This document shows, piece by piece, positions 29,492 through 41,886 of a stretch of 64,000 bases of DNA. Made by a program: the position numbers and the translations under genes. The notes under the pieces were generated by a model. The model had not been told where the DNA came from. It saw only the letters and a program-made list of their open reading frames with translations, and searched no databases. Numbering within the stretch: position 1 is the first letter of the stretch; each line of letters opens with the position of its first letter. Source of the stretch: a candidate division FCPU426 bacterium (GTDB lineage: Bacteria > Oederibacteriota > Muellerivitia > Muellerivitales > Muellerivitaceae); the NCBI GenBank assembly GCA_963771075.1, contig CAVYSE010000025.1:64001-128000 (forward strand). Reading direction: 5' to 3'.

Positions 29492-29871
29492 GGATTGGTT
29501 TCGAGAATCACGGTGGCGGTGGCGTCCCTTTTGCTATGGGCAATAGTCAAGGACAGGGCGGTTATGCGGCGGTCCAGCCGGAGTTTTTCGAAAATGCCGT
29601 GCAAATGAAGGGAGGGTCTCCCGGACGGGTCGCGCACGACCTCAATCTGACTCCACTTCCATCGGCCCCCGAACCCATGACTAAAGGCCTTGATGACGGC
29701 TTCCTTGGCGGCAAAACGCCCAGCCAGCGAGGGATAAGGTTCGGATTTCTTCAAACAGTAAGCGGCTTCCTGGGGAGTAAATAGGCGGTCGATAAAACGC
29801 TTTCCGAATTTCTTGTGGGCACTTTTGACCCGTTCAATCTCGATTAAATCCACACCCAAACCCACAATCAT
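29488..29871 (-). CDS. acpS: Holo-ACP synthase
   Basis: GLGVDLIEIER, AGRFAAKEA.KA, LTIAH. Confidence 0.95.
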   Translation of the reverse strand: MIVGLGVDLIEIERVKSAHKKFGKRFIDRLFTPQEAAYCLKKSEPYPSLAGRFAAKEAVIKAFSHGFGGRWKWSQIEVVRDPSGRPSLHLHGIFEKLRLDRRITALSLTIAHSKRDATATVILETNP

Positions 29872-29953
29872 TCGTATACCTTTTAAAACAATGAAGTGGG
29901 CGTATTGTATCGGCGGGACGTACGGCCTGACAAGGGAGGAAGCTTCAAAGGTG

Positions 29954-30373
29954 TCAGGAACCGGCTTGTTTGGCCTCTTCGATGACTTTCAGGCGCCCCA
30001 GGGCCCTCTCCAGGCTGGACAAGGCTTCGGGATTGTTCTTCATTTCCTTCTTCGAGGACAACAAGGCCTGGGCTTTTTCCTTGGATTTCCGGGCCCGCTC
30101 GACATCGATTTCATCCGACTTTTCGTAAGCCTCGGCCAACACGGTCACCGATTTGGGGTTCACTTCCACGAACCCCTTTGAGACGAAATAAAACTCTTTC
30201 TTCCCTCCCGCGGTGACCTTGAGGGTGCCCGGCTTGATCGTGGCCATGATTGGCATGTGTTTCGCCATCACGCCGAATTGCCCCGCCGTTCCCGGCAGGG
30301 TGACTAGCGTGACATCGGCGGCAAACCCGGGCTTGTCCGGGGAGACCACCTGCAGTTTCAGGGTGTTGGACAT
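29954..30373 (-). CDS. atpC: ATP synthase epsilon
   Basis: L.VVSPD, G.FGV...H.P, GFVEV; operon position. Confidence 0.95.
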   Translation of the reverse strand: MSNTLKLQVVSPDKPGFAADVTLVTLPGTAGQFGVMAKHMPIMATIKPGTLKVTAGGKKEFYFVSKGFVEVNPKSVTVLAEAYEKSDEIDVERARKSKEKAQALLSSKKEMKNNPEALSSLERALGRLKVIEEAKQAGS

Positions 30374-30388
30374 AAAAGTTCCCTTTCC

Positions 30389-32693
<2,305 letters not shown>

Positions 32694-32714
32694 GGCGGTT
32701 CCTGGGGCCTTTCC

Positions 32715-34223
32715 TTAGGCCACGAACGACTTCATGAATTCCTCGATGGCCGCGACCAGCTTCGCCTTGGTGTCGTCCGTCAGGTCGTTCTTTTCGCGGA
32801 TATCCTTCAATATCTCCGAGCGTTTTTCCTTGAGGAAATTCAGGAGGCCCGCCTCGAAGGGTTTCACCTTCTCGATAGGCAGATTGTCCATGTAACCACT
32901 GATCCCGGCAAAGATGGAAGCCACCTGCTCCTCCATGATCATGGGGGAATACTGGGGTTGTTTCATCAGTTCCACCATGTGGGACCCGCGGTTGAGCTGG
33001 GCCATGGAGGTCTTGTCCAGTTCGGCGCCGAACTGGGCGAAGGCCGCCAGCTCGTTGTACTGGGCCATGTCGAGCTTGAGCTTGCCCGCCACCTTCTTGG
33101 TGGCTTTGGTTTGGGCGTTACCGCCCACGCGCGAAACCGAGATTCCCACGTTGATGGCGGGCCGGATGCCGGAGTTGAACAGGTTCGATTCGAGGAAGAT
33201 CTGCCCGTCGGTGATGGAAATCACGTTGGTGGGGATATAGGCCGTCACGTCCCCCGCCTGTGTCTCGATGATGGGGAGGGCCGTCAAGGACCCCCCACCC
33301 AGCTTATCATTGAGTTTGCAGGCGCGTTCCAGCAGGCGTGAGTGAAGGTAGAACACGTCGCCCGGGTAGGCTTCGCGTCCCGGGGGGCGGCGCAAAAGAA
33401 GGGACAATTCACGGTAGGAAACGGCTTGCTTGGACAGGTCATCATAAATGATCAGGGCATGTCCGCCGTTGTAGGTAAATTCTTCGGCCATGGCGCATCC
33501 GGCGTAGGGCGCGATGTACTGCAGGGGCGCCGGGTCGGAGGCCGTGGAGGAAACAATGATGCAGTAGTTCAGGGCATCGCGCTCTTCCAGCGTACGCACG
33601 ACCTGGGCCACGGTGGACTGCTTCTGGCCAATGGCCACGTACACGCAGACGACACCCTTGCCCTTCTGATTGAGGATTGTGTCCAGGGCGATGGCGGTCT
33701 TGCCAGTCTGGCGGTCGCCGATGATCAATTCGCGCTGGCCCCGGCCGATGGGGATCATGCAGTCAATAGCCTTGATTCCGGTGTGCAAGGGCTCCTTCAC
33801 GGGCTGGCGTTGGACCACGCCGGGAGCCCTAATTTCGAGCCTTCGGCTGGCGGAAGCGTTCAAGGGACCCTTTCCGTCCAGGGGGACGCCCAGGGGGTTG
33901 ACCACGCGGCCCAAGAGTTCCTTGCCCGTGGGCACCTCGGCGATGCGTCCGGTCAGCTTCACCGGGTCTCCCTCGTGCACCAGGCGGGTTTCACCCATCA
34001 GGACGGCGCCCACCGAGTCGGTTTCCAGGTTGAAGGTGATGCCATCACGTCATTGGGGAACTTCGAGAAGCTCGCCGGCCATGGCGTTTTTCAATCCGTA
34101 GATCACGGCCACGCCGTCGCCAACTTTCAGCACTTCCCCCACCTGGGAAAGCTCGGCCTCGGGCTTGAACTCATTGATCTTGGATTTCAGGATCTTGGTT
34201 ACTTCATCCGCTTGGAGAGCCAC
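32715..34223 (-). CDS. atpA: ATP synthase alpha (in-frame TGA at 34050-34052 from apparent compensating indels)
   Basis: GTG start after [34 protein letters not shown]; 1509 nt in one frame apart from one TGA. Confidence 0.95.
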
Positions 34224-34242
34224 GGTATTACCTCCACATTTC

Positions 34243-34800
34243 TCAAAAAAGGTTTAATCGATCTCGACTCCGCATCAGCCTTTGTTTCATTTTTCCAGCT
34301 TGCCCAAGGACGCTCCCATCCATGCGCTGGTCTCCCAGATAAATCATCATTCCGCCGATCAAGCCCGGCTTCACTTCTTCCTTCAACTCCACCGTTAATC
34401 CGAGCATTTGGGAAAGCTTTTGGGTGAGGGCCTTTTTTTGGTCGGACGTCAGGGGCATCGCGGTCAGGACCCGGGCGACGGCCTTTCCCCGCATCTCGTA
34501 ACAAAGGCTCTCGAAATGGTCCGTGACGGCCTTTAGGTGCTTGATGCGCTTCTTGGTCAAAAGCAGGCGCAGGAAGTTTTCCAGAGTGGGGGAAAGGGAA
34601 CTGCCCAAGAGGGCCTTGAGAGCGTCGAGCTTTTCCTGGGCCTTCACCCGGGGGTGTTCCAGTGTGTTCTTCAATTCAGGCGAGCCTTCCAGGAGCCTTT
34701 GGACCGCCTGCATTTCGGAAGAGAGCGTGTCCACGTTTTTTTGCTCCTGCGCGACCTGCAACAGCGCCACGGCGTACTTTTCGGCGATGACCGATTCCAT
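34243..34800 (-). CDS. atpH: ATP synthase delta
   Basis: IAEKYA.AL, LIGG...DGS; C-terminus probably affected by indels. Confidence 0.93.
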   Translation of the reverse strand: MESVIAEKYAVALLQVAQEQKNVDTLSSEMQAVQRLLEGSPELKNTLEHPRVKAQEKLDALKALLGSSLSPTLENFLRLLLTKKRIKHLKAVTDHFESLCYEMRGKAVARVLTAMPLTSDQKKALTQKLSQMLGLTVELKEEVKPGLIGGMMIYLGDQRMDGSVLGQAGKMKQRLMRSRDRLNLF

Positions 34801-34824
34801 GGGCTTTCTCCTCAGTCTCTGTAA

Positions 34825-35313
34825 TTAATTTTTCCGGGCGTTGAGGCCTTGGATGCTTTCCTGCACGATTTTTTCCTGCACCTTGCCGTCCACGCTGGCC
34901 CGGATGATCTTCTCAGCGATCTCGACCGCCAGGGCCCCGATTTCCTGCTGCAGGGTCGCGGAGGCGACCTTACGCTCGCTCTCAATAACCTTGCGGGCGT
35001 CGGCCAGGGTCAATTCGGATTCCTTGCGCGCGGCCTGGACGATCTCGTTTTTCATGCGGTCCGCCTCTCGGCGGGCGTTCTGGAGGGTATCGGTGGTTTT
35101 TTGCTCCAAGTCCTTGATCTTTTGCTCCAGATCGGCCTTGAGCTTTTCGGCGTCTTTTTGCCTCTGTTCGGCGGTGGCCAGCTGGCCCTCGATGCGCTTT
35201 TGCCGGTCCGCCATCCAGCCCCTCAGGTAGGGCAGGAAGACCAGGGCCGACAAGAACATCCCGATCACGAAAGTCGCGAGCTGAAGCAGAAACACACTCA
35301 GGTTGAATTCCAT
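34825..35313 (-). CDS. atpF: ATP synthase b
   Basis: N-terminal TM then long coiled coil; operon position. Confidence 0.92.
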   Translation of the reverse strand: MEFNLSVFLLQLATFVIGMFLSALVFLPYLRGWMADRQKRIEGQLATAEQRQKDAEKLKADLEQKIKDLEQKTTDTLQNARREADRMKNEIVQAARKESELTLADARKVIESERKVASATLQQEIGALAVEIAEKIIRASVDGKVQEKIVQESIQGLNARKN

Positions 35314-35370
35314 GGCGCACCTTCCCGGATGGGCCGGGGCTCGAGGGCCCCGGCCAGGGTGAATGGCTTC

Positions 35371-35820
<450 letters not shown>

Positions 35821-36681
35821 TTAGCCGTGCGCGCCCTCACCGGCCGCGCTTTCATGTTCCTCGTGCTCGTCATGGCTCTGCACGGCCCCGCCGATGTAGA
35901 CCATCGCCAACAGCATGAACACGAAGGCTTGAATGAAGGAAATAAACACGCCCAACACCACAATGGCGACACGCAACAGGAAGGGGAAGGAGGACATGAT
36001 CTTGAACAGCGGAGCCCCATTCCAGAAAAAGAGCACCAGGATGATGCAGACCCCCAGGACCTTTTCCTTGCCCATCATGTTGCCGAACAAACGCATGGTG
36101 AGCGAGACGGGCTTGATCAGCTCGCCCGCGATGTGGATCAGGGGCATCATCAGGCAGAGGGCGAAATAGATGAAGTTCATCATCAACTTCAGGGCCAGGG
36201 GCGATTTGGGGTCGGCCGAGACCTTGGGGGGAAGGAAGTGGGCCATGTACTTCAAGAGGCCCTTTTCCTTAATGCCCCAGATGTGGGTGGAACAAAAGAC
36301 GATCAAGGCCATGCCGACGTTCATATCCACCCGGCTCGTGGGCGACACCAGGCCCGGAATGAGCCCCATGAGGTTGCAAAAGAAGATGAAGAAGAACAGG
36401 TAAAAGAAGAGGGGGAAGAAAAACTCGGCGTGCTTGCCCACGATGGGGTCGGCCAGGTCCTTCACGAAATCGATGGACAGCTCGAAAAAGTTCTGGAGGC
36501 CGGTGGGCACCAGCTTCAGGTTGCGGCGGGCCAAGAGGAACAGGACCAGCAGGAGGCAGAAAACGAAAAGGGCTACGGTGGAGACGTTGATGAGGTTGTC
36601 GAAGCCTAAAAATTGGCCGTGAACCGAGAGCGGGCTTTCTGCGGTTTCGATTCCGGGGATAGGGTTGTCAGCTGCTGCCAT
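35821..36681 (-). CDS. atpB: ATP synthase a
   Basis: P.G.QN..E, NLMGLIPG, SLTMRLFGN, IQAFVF. Confidence 0.95.
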   Translation of the reverse strand: MAAADNPIPGIETAESPLSVHGQFLGFDNLINVSTVALFVFCLLLVLFLLARRNLKLVPTGLQNFFELSIDFVKDLADPIVGKHAEFFFPLFFYLFFFIFFCNLMGLIPGLVSPTSRVDMNVGMALIVFCSTHIWGIKEKGLLKYMAHFLPPKVSADPKSPLALKLMMNFIYFALCLMMPLIHIAGELIKPVSLTMRLFGNMMGKEKVLGVCIILVLFFWNGAPLFKIMSSFPFLLRVAIVVLGVFISFIQAFVFMLLAMVYIGGAVQSHDEHEEHESAAGEGAHG

Positions 36682-36861
36682 TCGCAGGGCCTTTCACAAT
36701 TCGATTCAACGAAAGGGCGAAAGAAGGGAGTTGTCGAAAAACTTTCGGCAAGTTTTTCAGGGCGTTGATAAGTGAATTCGCGCTCAATGTTCAACTTTCC
36801 CCAATACAAAATCAAGTGAAAAACTCGGACGATCGAAGACAGTTTCGGAAGATGATCCAGG

Positions 36862-37260
36862 TCATGTTTTTTTTCCGACCCAACTCAAGACAAGAAGAAA
36901 CCAAAAATACCCGGCAAGTGCCCCCAACAAACAAAAGTCTGATATTTGAACGAGGCCCCAGCAAACCAGGGCGACCAGGAACCACCGAAGCAGGTTCCAC
37001 AGCAAGACCGGGCCTCCTCCCTTGCGAGATCCGCTGTGAAGAATTTTACCGGAGATCCAGCGCAGGGAGAAAAGGTTCAAAGAGGATAAAATTCCGCCCA
37101 AAAAAAGTCCAAGACTCAAATCCGTTTTTTGGAACAAAAAATAAATCAAGGCCGCCGCAAGGGTACAACCCAAAACAGTGCGCGAGGATACCGAAAGGGA
37201 CAGGCGGAAAGAAAGGTCCGAAGAAGATTTTTCCTTGAGGTCGGACGGGGGAAGGGTCAT
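36862..37260 (-). CDS. atpI: ATP synthase protein I
   Basis: 4 TM, G...S.LN; upstream of atpB; ATGA overlap. Confidence 0.75.
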   Translation of the reverse strand: MTLPPSDLKEKSSSDLSFRLSLSVSSRTVLGCTLAAALIYFLFQKTDLSLGLFLGGILSSLNLFSLRWISGKILHSGSRKGGGPVLLWNLLRWFLVALVCWGLVQISDFCLLGALAGYFWFLLVLSWVGKKT

Positions 37261-37496
37261 GGTTTGGGAGGATTTTTGGGGGGCAGTGAAATTTCCCGGA
37301 CATCGGCGATCATTAGGTAATAACTGGCAAAGATGCCCACCAGCAGCCCCGCGATGATGACCCAGGCGCCCCAGTGCAAATAGCGGTTCAAGAGCCAGCC
37401 AGCCCCCGCGCCTAGGAAGGTGGTCAGGACGAAGTTGATCCCGAGGGTGGAGAGTCGTAGAAGATTGGCGCTGGTGGATAGTTTTCCCTTGTCCAT
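37257..37496 (-). CDS. AtpZ/AtpI-family small membrane protein
   Basis: LG...G...GW.L...G...G.. two-TM pattern. Confidence 0.8.
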   Translation of the reverse strand: MDKGKLSTSANLLRLSTLGINFVLTTFLGAGAGWLLNRYLHWGAWVIIAGLLVGIFASYYLMIADVREISLPPKNPPKP

Positions 37497-37738
37497 TTGC
37501 CTTCCTTATCAATGTGAAACGCCGCCTTGATGTAGATGCCCTGCGGAGGCAGGAGGGACTCCACTTTGGCCCTTTCCTCTTTGACAATGACCAGACCCAG
37601 GCCGCAATCGTCCTGGATGTCCCGGGGCCGGGGAATCAGTTTGAAGCGCATCCGCCGATCCTTCATGAGGGATTCGGCGTGCATGGTCTCATGGGTGGTG
37701 TGAAACAGGAGAATGAAGTGGGCTTCGGTCAGGGCCAT
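37424..37738 (-). CDS. DUF3343-like small protein
   Basis: F.TTH..M.AE..., IPRPR.I..DCGL. Confidence 0.75.
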   Translation of the reverse strand: MALTEAHFILLFHTTHETMHAESLMKDRRMRFKLIPRPRDIQDDCGLGLVIVKEERAKVESLLPPQGIYIKAAFHIDKEGKWTRENYPPAPIFYDSPPSGSTSS

Positions 37739-37800
37739 GCGGCCCTTCGGGGATGGAGGGGAGGACACCCTGCCTCCTTTTTATTCTATAAATCAGCTGC

Positions 37801-37926
37801 AAACCAAGATCCAACACGAAGACACGAAGAGGTTATTTTGAATAAATTTGGGAAGTATTTAACCCTCTCCAAAGAATGCTTGCGATTTACTTTGCGGCTT
37901 AGCCGCTTCGTGTTGGATTTAGGTTT
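37801..37926. repeat. Octamer-arm intergenic palindromic element
   Basis: AAACCAAGATCCAACACGAAG / CTTCGTGTTGGATTTAGGTTT (19/21 inverted), ACACGAAG repeated. Confidence 0.8.
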
Positions 37927-38426
37927 TAACCCTCACTGCCGCCGTGGAGGTCCCGGAAATCCTTGGGGCTCAAATGCTCCAGGAACTTCTTGAAGTCACT
38001 CATTTCTTCTTTGTATTTTTCTTTGTCGGGGATGGTGGCATTCACCACCACCTTTTCCGCCACGAAAATGGGGGAGCCGGTCCTCAGGGCCAGGGCGATG
38101 GCATCCGAGGGGCGGGAGTCCACATCCAGTTTCTGGCCCGTTTCGATGATCTCTAACAGGATCCGGGCAAAAAAGGTGTTCTGGTTGATGTCGTTGACAA
38201 CTACCTTGACCACTTTCGCCCCCAGGTTATCGATGACATTCTTCAAAAGATCGTGGGTCATGGGGCGGGGCAGGGTCTGCTCATTGAGTTGGATAAAGAT
38301 AGCCGTTGCCTCGGGCACTCCGATCCAGATGGGCAAATAGCGCTTCTCATCGTCGTCGGTCAGGATGACCGCCGGCGTTTTGAGGTTGGGATCCACCGCG
38401 ATACCGCGGACTTTCATTTCAATCAT
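37926..38426 (-). CDS. Bifunctional nuclease family (DUF151)
   Basis: LPIWIG..EA, RPMTHDLL, DSRPSDAIALA. Confidence 0.92.
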   Translation of the reverse strand: MIEMKVRGIAVDPNLKTPAVILTDDDEKRYLPIWIGVPEATAIFIQLNEQTLPRPMTHDLLKNVIDNLGAKVVKVVVNDINQNTFFARILLEIIETGQKLDVDSRPSDAIALALRTGSPIFVAEKVVVNATIPDKEKYKEEMSDFKKFLEHLSPKDFRDLHGGSEG

Positions 38427-38587
38427 GAACTTTACTCCGTTTGATTCAAGCTTCTTTATGGATGATTCATCATGGGGCTCGGCATCACATGTTTCAAGGG
38501 AAGGGCCAGCATTGGCGAGAGACCCATCGAACGGGCGGATTATAGCCTCCCTACCCCACCCATGCAATGTCACGAAAAGAGGCAAAA

Positions 38588-39157
38588 TTATTTTTTTTGT
38601 GTGTCCGCCTCGCTGAAAACCTGGGCCTCAAAGGCCGATAATTCGACCTTCTCATGCCATGCGTCGGGCGGTAGCCCGGCCTTCACGCAGGTCTGGGAAA
38701 TAAATTCTTCCCGGTCCATGCGGTACTCGGTGGCCACCTGTGGCAAAAGCAGGCCCGACCGGTGGCCCTTGCTCACGATCAGGCCGTGTACGCCCACCTT
38801 GACCTTGGAAGGCTCTATTTTTTTGGGAACAGTCAACACGGATATTTCGACCTCAATGGCGGAAAACTCCTCCTGCAACAGGGGCGGAAACCGAGGATCC
38901 TGGAACGCCGCGCTGTTGGCTGCCTCCTGTACTGCTTCCACCAGGGGTTTGATGGGATAGGGCAGGCCGATACAACCTCTCAAACCGTCTGCGGACCACA
39001 GGGTCACGAAGACCCCACGCTTCTCTCGCAAGATGGGAGAAAGGGATTCCACCGGCGGCAGGCGCCTTCCCTTTTGCAGAGTTGTACGGATGGCGTTTCG
39101 GGCCAGTTGAAGGAGGAATTTTTGATCTTCAACACCAAGCATCTCGTTTGGGTTCAA
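38588..39157 (-). CDS. amrA: AmmeMemoRadiSam system protein A (AMMECR1)
   Basis: GVFVTL, LRGCIG, DPRF, GLLLPQV, KAGL. Confidence 0.93.
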   Translation of the reverse strand: MNPNEMLGVEDQKFLLQLARNAIRTTLQKGRRLPPVESLSPILREKRGVFVTLWSADGLRGCIGLPYPIKPLVEAVQEAANSAAFQDPRFPPLLQEEFSAIEVEISVLTVPKKIEPSKVKVGVHGLIVSKGHRSGLLLPQVATEYRMDREEFISQTCVKAGLPPDAWHEKVELSAFEAQVFSEADTQKK

Positions 39158-39179
39158 CTAACGACTCCTTTTACTTATC

Positions 39180-39327
39180 TGTCATTGCGACGACTGGCAG
39201 CCGAATAGGCGGACGAAAACGAGGAAGCAATCCCAGTTTAAATACCCCTTTACCCACCAACGCGAACGGCGAACTGGGATCGCCACGTCGCAAATCATCC
39301 CTATCGGGATTGCTCCTCGCGATGACA
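39180..39327. repeat. Nested palindromic (RPE/MITE-like) element
   Basis: Terminal TGTCATTGCGA / TCGCGATGACA; inner GCAATCCCAGTT / AACTGGGATCGC. Confidence 0.8.
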
Positions 39328-39349
39328 ATTTAAAGAGGTTTAAATTTTT

Positions 39350-40186
39350 TCATCGGCAAAAAGCCACAGCCCCATAACCTACCACCCGATCCATTTCACC
39401 TGTCACATCCCCTGAGTTTCGGTAGCAAAGCAGTTCCGCCTTTGCGCCCTGTTCCTTGGCCCATTTCACCAGAACTGAAACCGGCTCCGAGCCGCAGTGG
39501 GTGCAGTGGTAATCGGTATATCCCCGGCCCATGATTTCTTTGTCCGTTTTCTCAATCTTTTTCTCGTCCCCAGTCAGTAGGGCGTCCAAGAACTGCCGGT
39601 CCGCCTTCTTGGCGGTGGAATAATCCGGGTAATGGGATAGGTCGGAGGAAGCAACCAGCACGAAAGGTTTTTCCTTCCCCAGCCGTTTGAGTCCCCTCAA
39701 CAAGGGGTCCACCGCAGTGGCCTTTCCCTGCCCCATGATCACAGGAACCACCTTCGCCCCGGGCAAGAAAGTTTGGATGAGGGGAAAATGCACTTCCACC
39801 GAATGTTCCCTGGCGTAGGCGGGCTGGAAGTCGCCCAGGTTTTCGTCCGCCTCTTCCAGGATCCGGCAGGCTTCCTGATCCACCGCCAGGTCCCCGAGGG
39901 GAGTCAGCACCGCCTCCCCCGAAAAAAGAGCGCAACCCTTAAAGGCCATGTAATGGCTGGGGCCGGCGACAACGATGGTGTCGGGATGAAAGGGTGCCAG
40001 GGCCCGGTAGCCCATGGCCGCCACCGATCCCGAATAAACATAACCCGCGTGGGGCAGGAGAAGCCCGACGGGTTCCCCGGATAATTTGGAAGCTTCCCCC
40101 TCCTTTAGAAAATCACCCAGCATCCTCTGGAGCATGAGAGTTTTTCCGGGGTAGAAGGAACCGGCCACGACCGGCTGGAGTTTCAT
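39350..40186 (-). CDS. amrB: AmmeMemoRadiSam system protein B (MEMO1)
   Basis: AGSFYP, PHAGYVYSG, GPSH, EHSVE, SSDLSHY, NSGD, VVGY. Confidence 0.94.
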   Translation of the reverse strand: MKLQPVVAGSFYPGKTLMLQRMLGDFLKEGEASKLSGEPVGLLLPHAGYVYSGSVAAMGYRALAPFHPDTIVVAGPSHYMAFKGCALFSGEAVLTPLGDLAVDQEACRILEEADENLGDFQPAYAREHSVEVHFPLIQTFLPGAKVVPVIMGQGKATAVDPLLRGLKRLGKEKPFVLVASSDLSHYPDYSTAKKADRQFLDALLTGDEKKIEKTDKEIMGRGYTDYHCTHCGSEPVSVLVKWAKEQGAKAELLCYRNSGDVTGEMDRVVGYGAVAFCR

Positions 40187-40238
40187 GGGGCTATTTTAAC
40201 GAAAGGATTTATTTGGGAGGCGGGGAAAAACTGTTTTC

Positions 40239-40814
40239 TTAATGCGCCTTGGTCATCTTGATAATGCGGTCCCTGGTATAGGGCCAGGCCCCATCGGGTA
40301 TGACCGACAAGGAACCCGCCGTAAACATGGAAGTTTCCAGGGGTACCCAAGTTTTGTGGGATGCATAGCTGGCTTTCAAGGGAAGATCCATGGGAACGGG
40401 CAGCTGATAAACCCTTACCAGGAACAGGTAAACCCCCTGCCACTCGCCCTCATAGAACCTTTTTTCAACAGCCTCATCGCTCATGACCGTGAATGGGGCC
40501 AATCCCTTGCAGATCTCCCATTCGGTGATCTTTTCGACCTTCTCGCCGATTCCCAATAAGCGGAAATGAATCCGTTTCGGGTCTTTGTTCTCTTTTTCGA
40601 TCGTCGCGATTCGGGGACGCCAGTCGGACTTGATGTTTTTGGGCGTCTCATGCTCAAAGGTCGGAAAAAGGAAGAATTCAGGGTGTTCGGGCTTGAACCC
40701 TTCCCCCTCTTCCACGATTCCGTCTTTCAATAAAAGAAGGGTTTGCTTCCCTTCTTCCAGGGCTTTCAAGACGACCGCCCATTCCTTGAGCGCGACATTA
40801 TTCTGAAGTTTCAT
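40239..40814 (-). CDS. DUF1802 family protein
   Basis: ALKEW....ALEEG.Q.LLL..GI.E, F.LFPT.EH. Confidence 0.85.
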   Translation of the reverse strand: MKLQNNVALKEWAVVLKALEEGKQTLLLLKDGIVEEGEGFKPEHPEFFLFPTFEHETPKNIKSDWRPRIATIEKENKDPKRIHFRLLGIGEKVEKITEWEICKGLAPFTVMSDEAVEKRFYEGEWQGVYLFLVRVYQLPVPMDLPLKASYASHKTWVPLETSMFTAGSLSVIPDGAWPYTRDRIIKMTKAH

Positions 40815-40867
40815 GGGAATTCGATTATGTGGATTTCAACATAAACTTTCAAGCGTTAAAGGGAAGC

Positions 40868-41737
40868 CTAAGCGAGGGCCAAAAGAACGATCCCGAAAAC
40901 CACCAGCAATGTCCCGCCGAATACCTTGGGTCCCTGCGATAACGGCAGTTCCTTGAAAACAAAGAGCGACCAGGCGGCATAAACCAGGGCGTTTGAATTG
41001 ATGATGGGGACCGCCCGCGCCAATCCCAACTCCCCGATGGCCGCCAAAAAGAAAGTCGTGCCCAAAGTCCAAAGAACCGCGGTTCCCAAACCCAATCGCG
41101 TATCTTTCCAATCGAATTTCGGTTTCGAGAAACATAATCCCAGGATCAAACCGGCCAAGGAGCCTCCCAACATCAGACCGCTGAGGCAATCCAAGGAACC
41201 CATCGACGATTCGGGCCTGAAAGTTTGGAGGGCCTTGACGGGGGTGAAATAGGTACCCCAAAAAACGCTGGCCAAACAGCTGTAAAAAATTCCTTTTTTT
41301 AGGTCGCCTTCCTTGGAAGGCGTCGCGGAAGCCTTGGAAACCCACCAGGCCCCCAAAAAGAGAAGAATGCCCCCCGACAGGATCAATCCATAGGCCCGCA
41401 ACCCTTTCGCTTCATGAAAGAGGGCCAGCCCCAAGGCTATATTAAAGAAGGAGTTGAAATTGAAGACGACCGCCGCCTTGGCCATACTGATCTCTCCCAA
41501 AGCCAAATTGCCAAAACACTGGCCCAAGGCCCAGATCAAACCCGCGCCAACCGTACCCCAAAACCAAATCGGGTGATTCCAAAGATTCTGTAAGGAGGAG
41601 CCCCGAAAAATCAAAAAGGCCATCATCCCCAAGGCCATGTAAGGGAAAAAAGCCAGGCCCTTGTTCTGTGAAAAACGCGCGGGGACGAGGTAACTGCCGA
41701 TGCAGAAAAAAGCCCCCAGCGCGTATAAATATCCCAT
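40868..41737 (-). CDS. DMT-superfamily transporter (GRP sugar-transporter-like)
   Basis: About 10 TM, GSY.VP, G..WA.GQ, G.A.A.P, W..F.FKE. Confidence 0.75.
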   Translation of the reverse strand: MGYLYALGAFFCIGSYLVPARFSQNKGLAFFPYMALGMMAFLIFRGSSLQNLWNHPIWFWGTVGAGLIWALGQCFGNLALGEISMAKAAVVFNFNSFFNIALGLALFHEAKGLRAYGLILSGGILLFLGAWWVSKASATPSKEGDLKKGIFYSCLASVFWGTYFTPVKALQTFRPESSMGSLDCLSGLMLGGSLAGLILGLCFSKPKFDWKDTRLGLGTAVLWTLGTTFFLAAIGELGLARAVPIINSNALVYAAWSLFVFKELPLSQGPKVFGGTLLVVFGIVLLALA

Positions 41738-41763
41738 TAATCAATTCCTTTTAAACACCCATG

Positions 41764-41860
41764 TCTAACGCAAAGCCGCAAAGGCCGCCAAGAAAGTTTT
41801 AGTGTTTAACCCCAATTATGTTTTTGCTTTTACTTTGCGTCTTGGCGTCTTTGCGTTGGA
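41764..41860. repeat. Octamer-arm intergenic palindromic element
   Basis: TCTAACGCAAAGCCGCAAAGGCCGCCAAG / CTTTGCGTCTTGGCGTCTTTGCGTTGGA; three CGC(A/C)AAG units per arm. Confidence 0.82.
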
Positions 41861-41886
41861 TGTTGTCTTTAGCCGTTCGTCGTGGC

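Noticed and set aside
34050..34052. In-frame TGA in atpA suggesting stop-codon reassignment or selenocysteine
   Set aside because: Removing one A and adding one G a few codons apart restores the expected EFPNDVMGI; many genes here end in TGA, so standard code 11 applies
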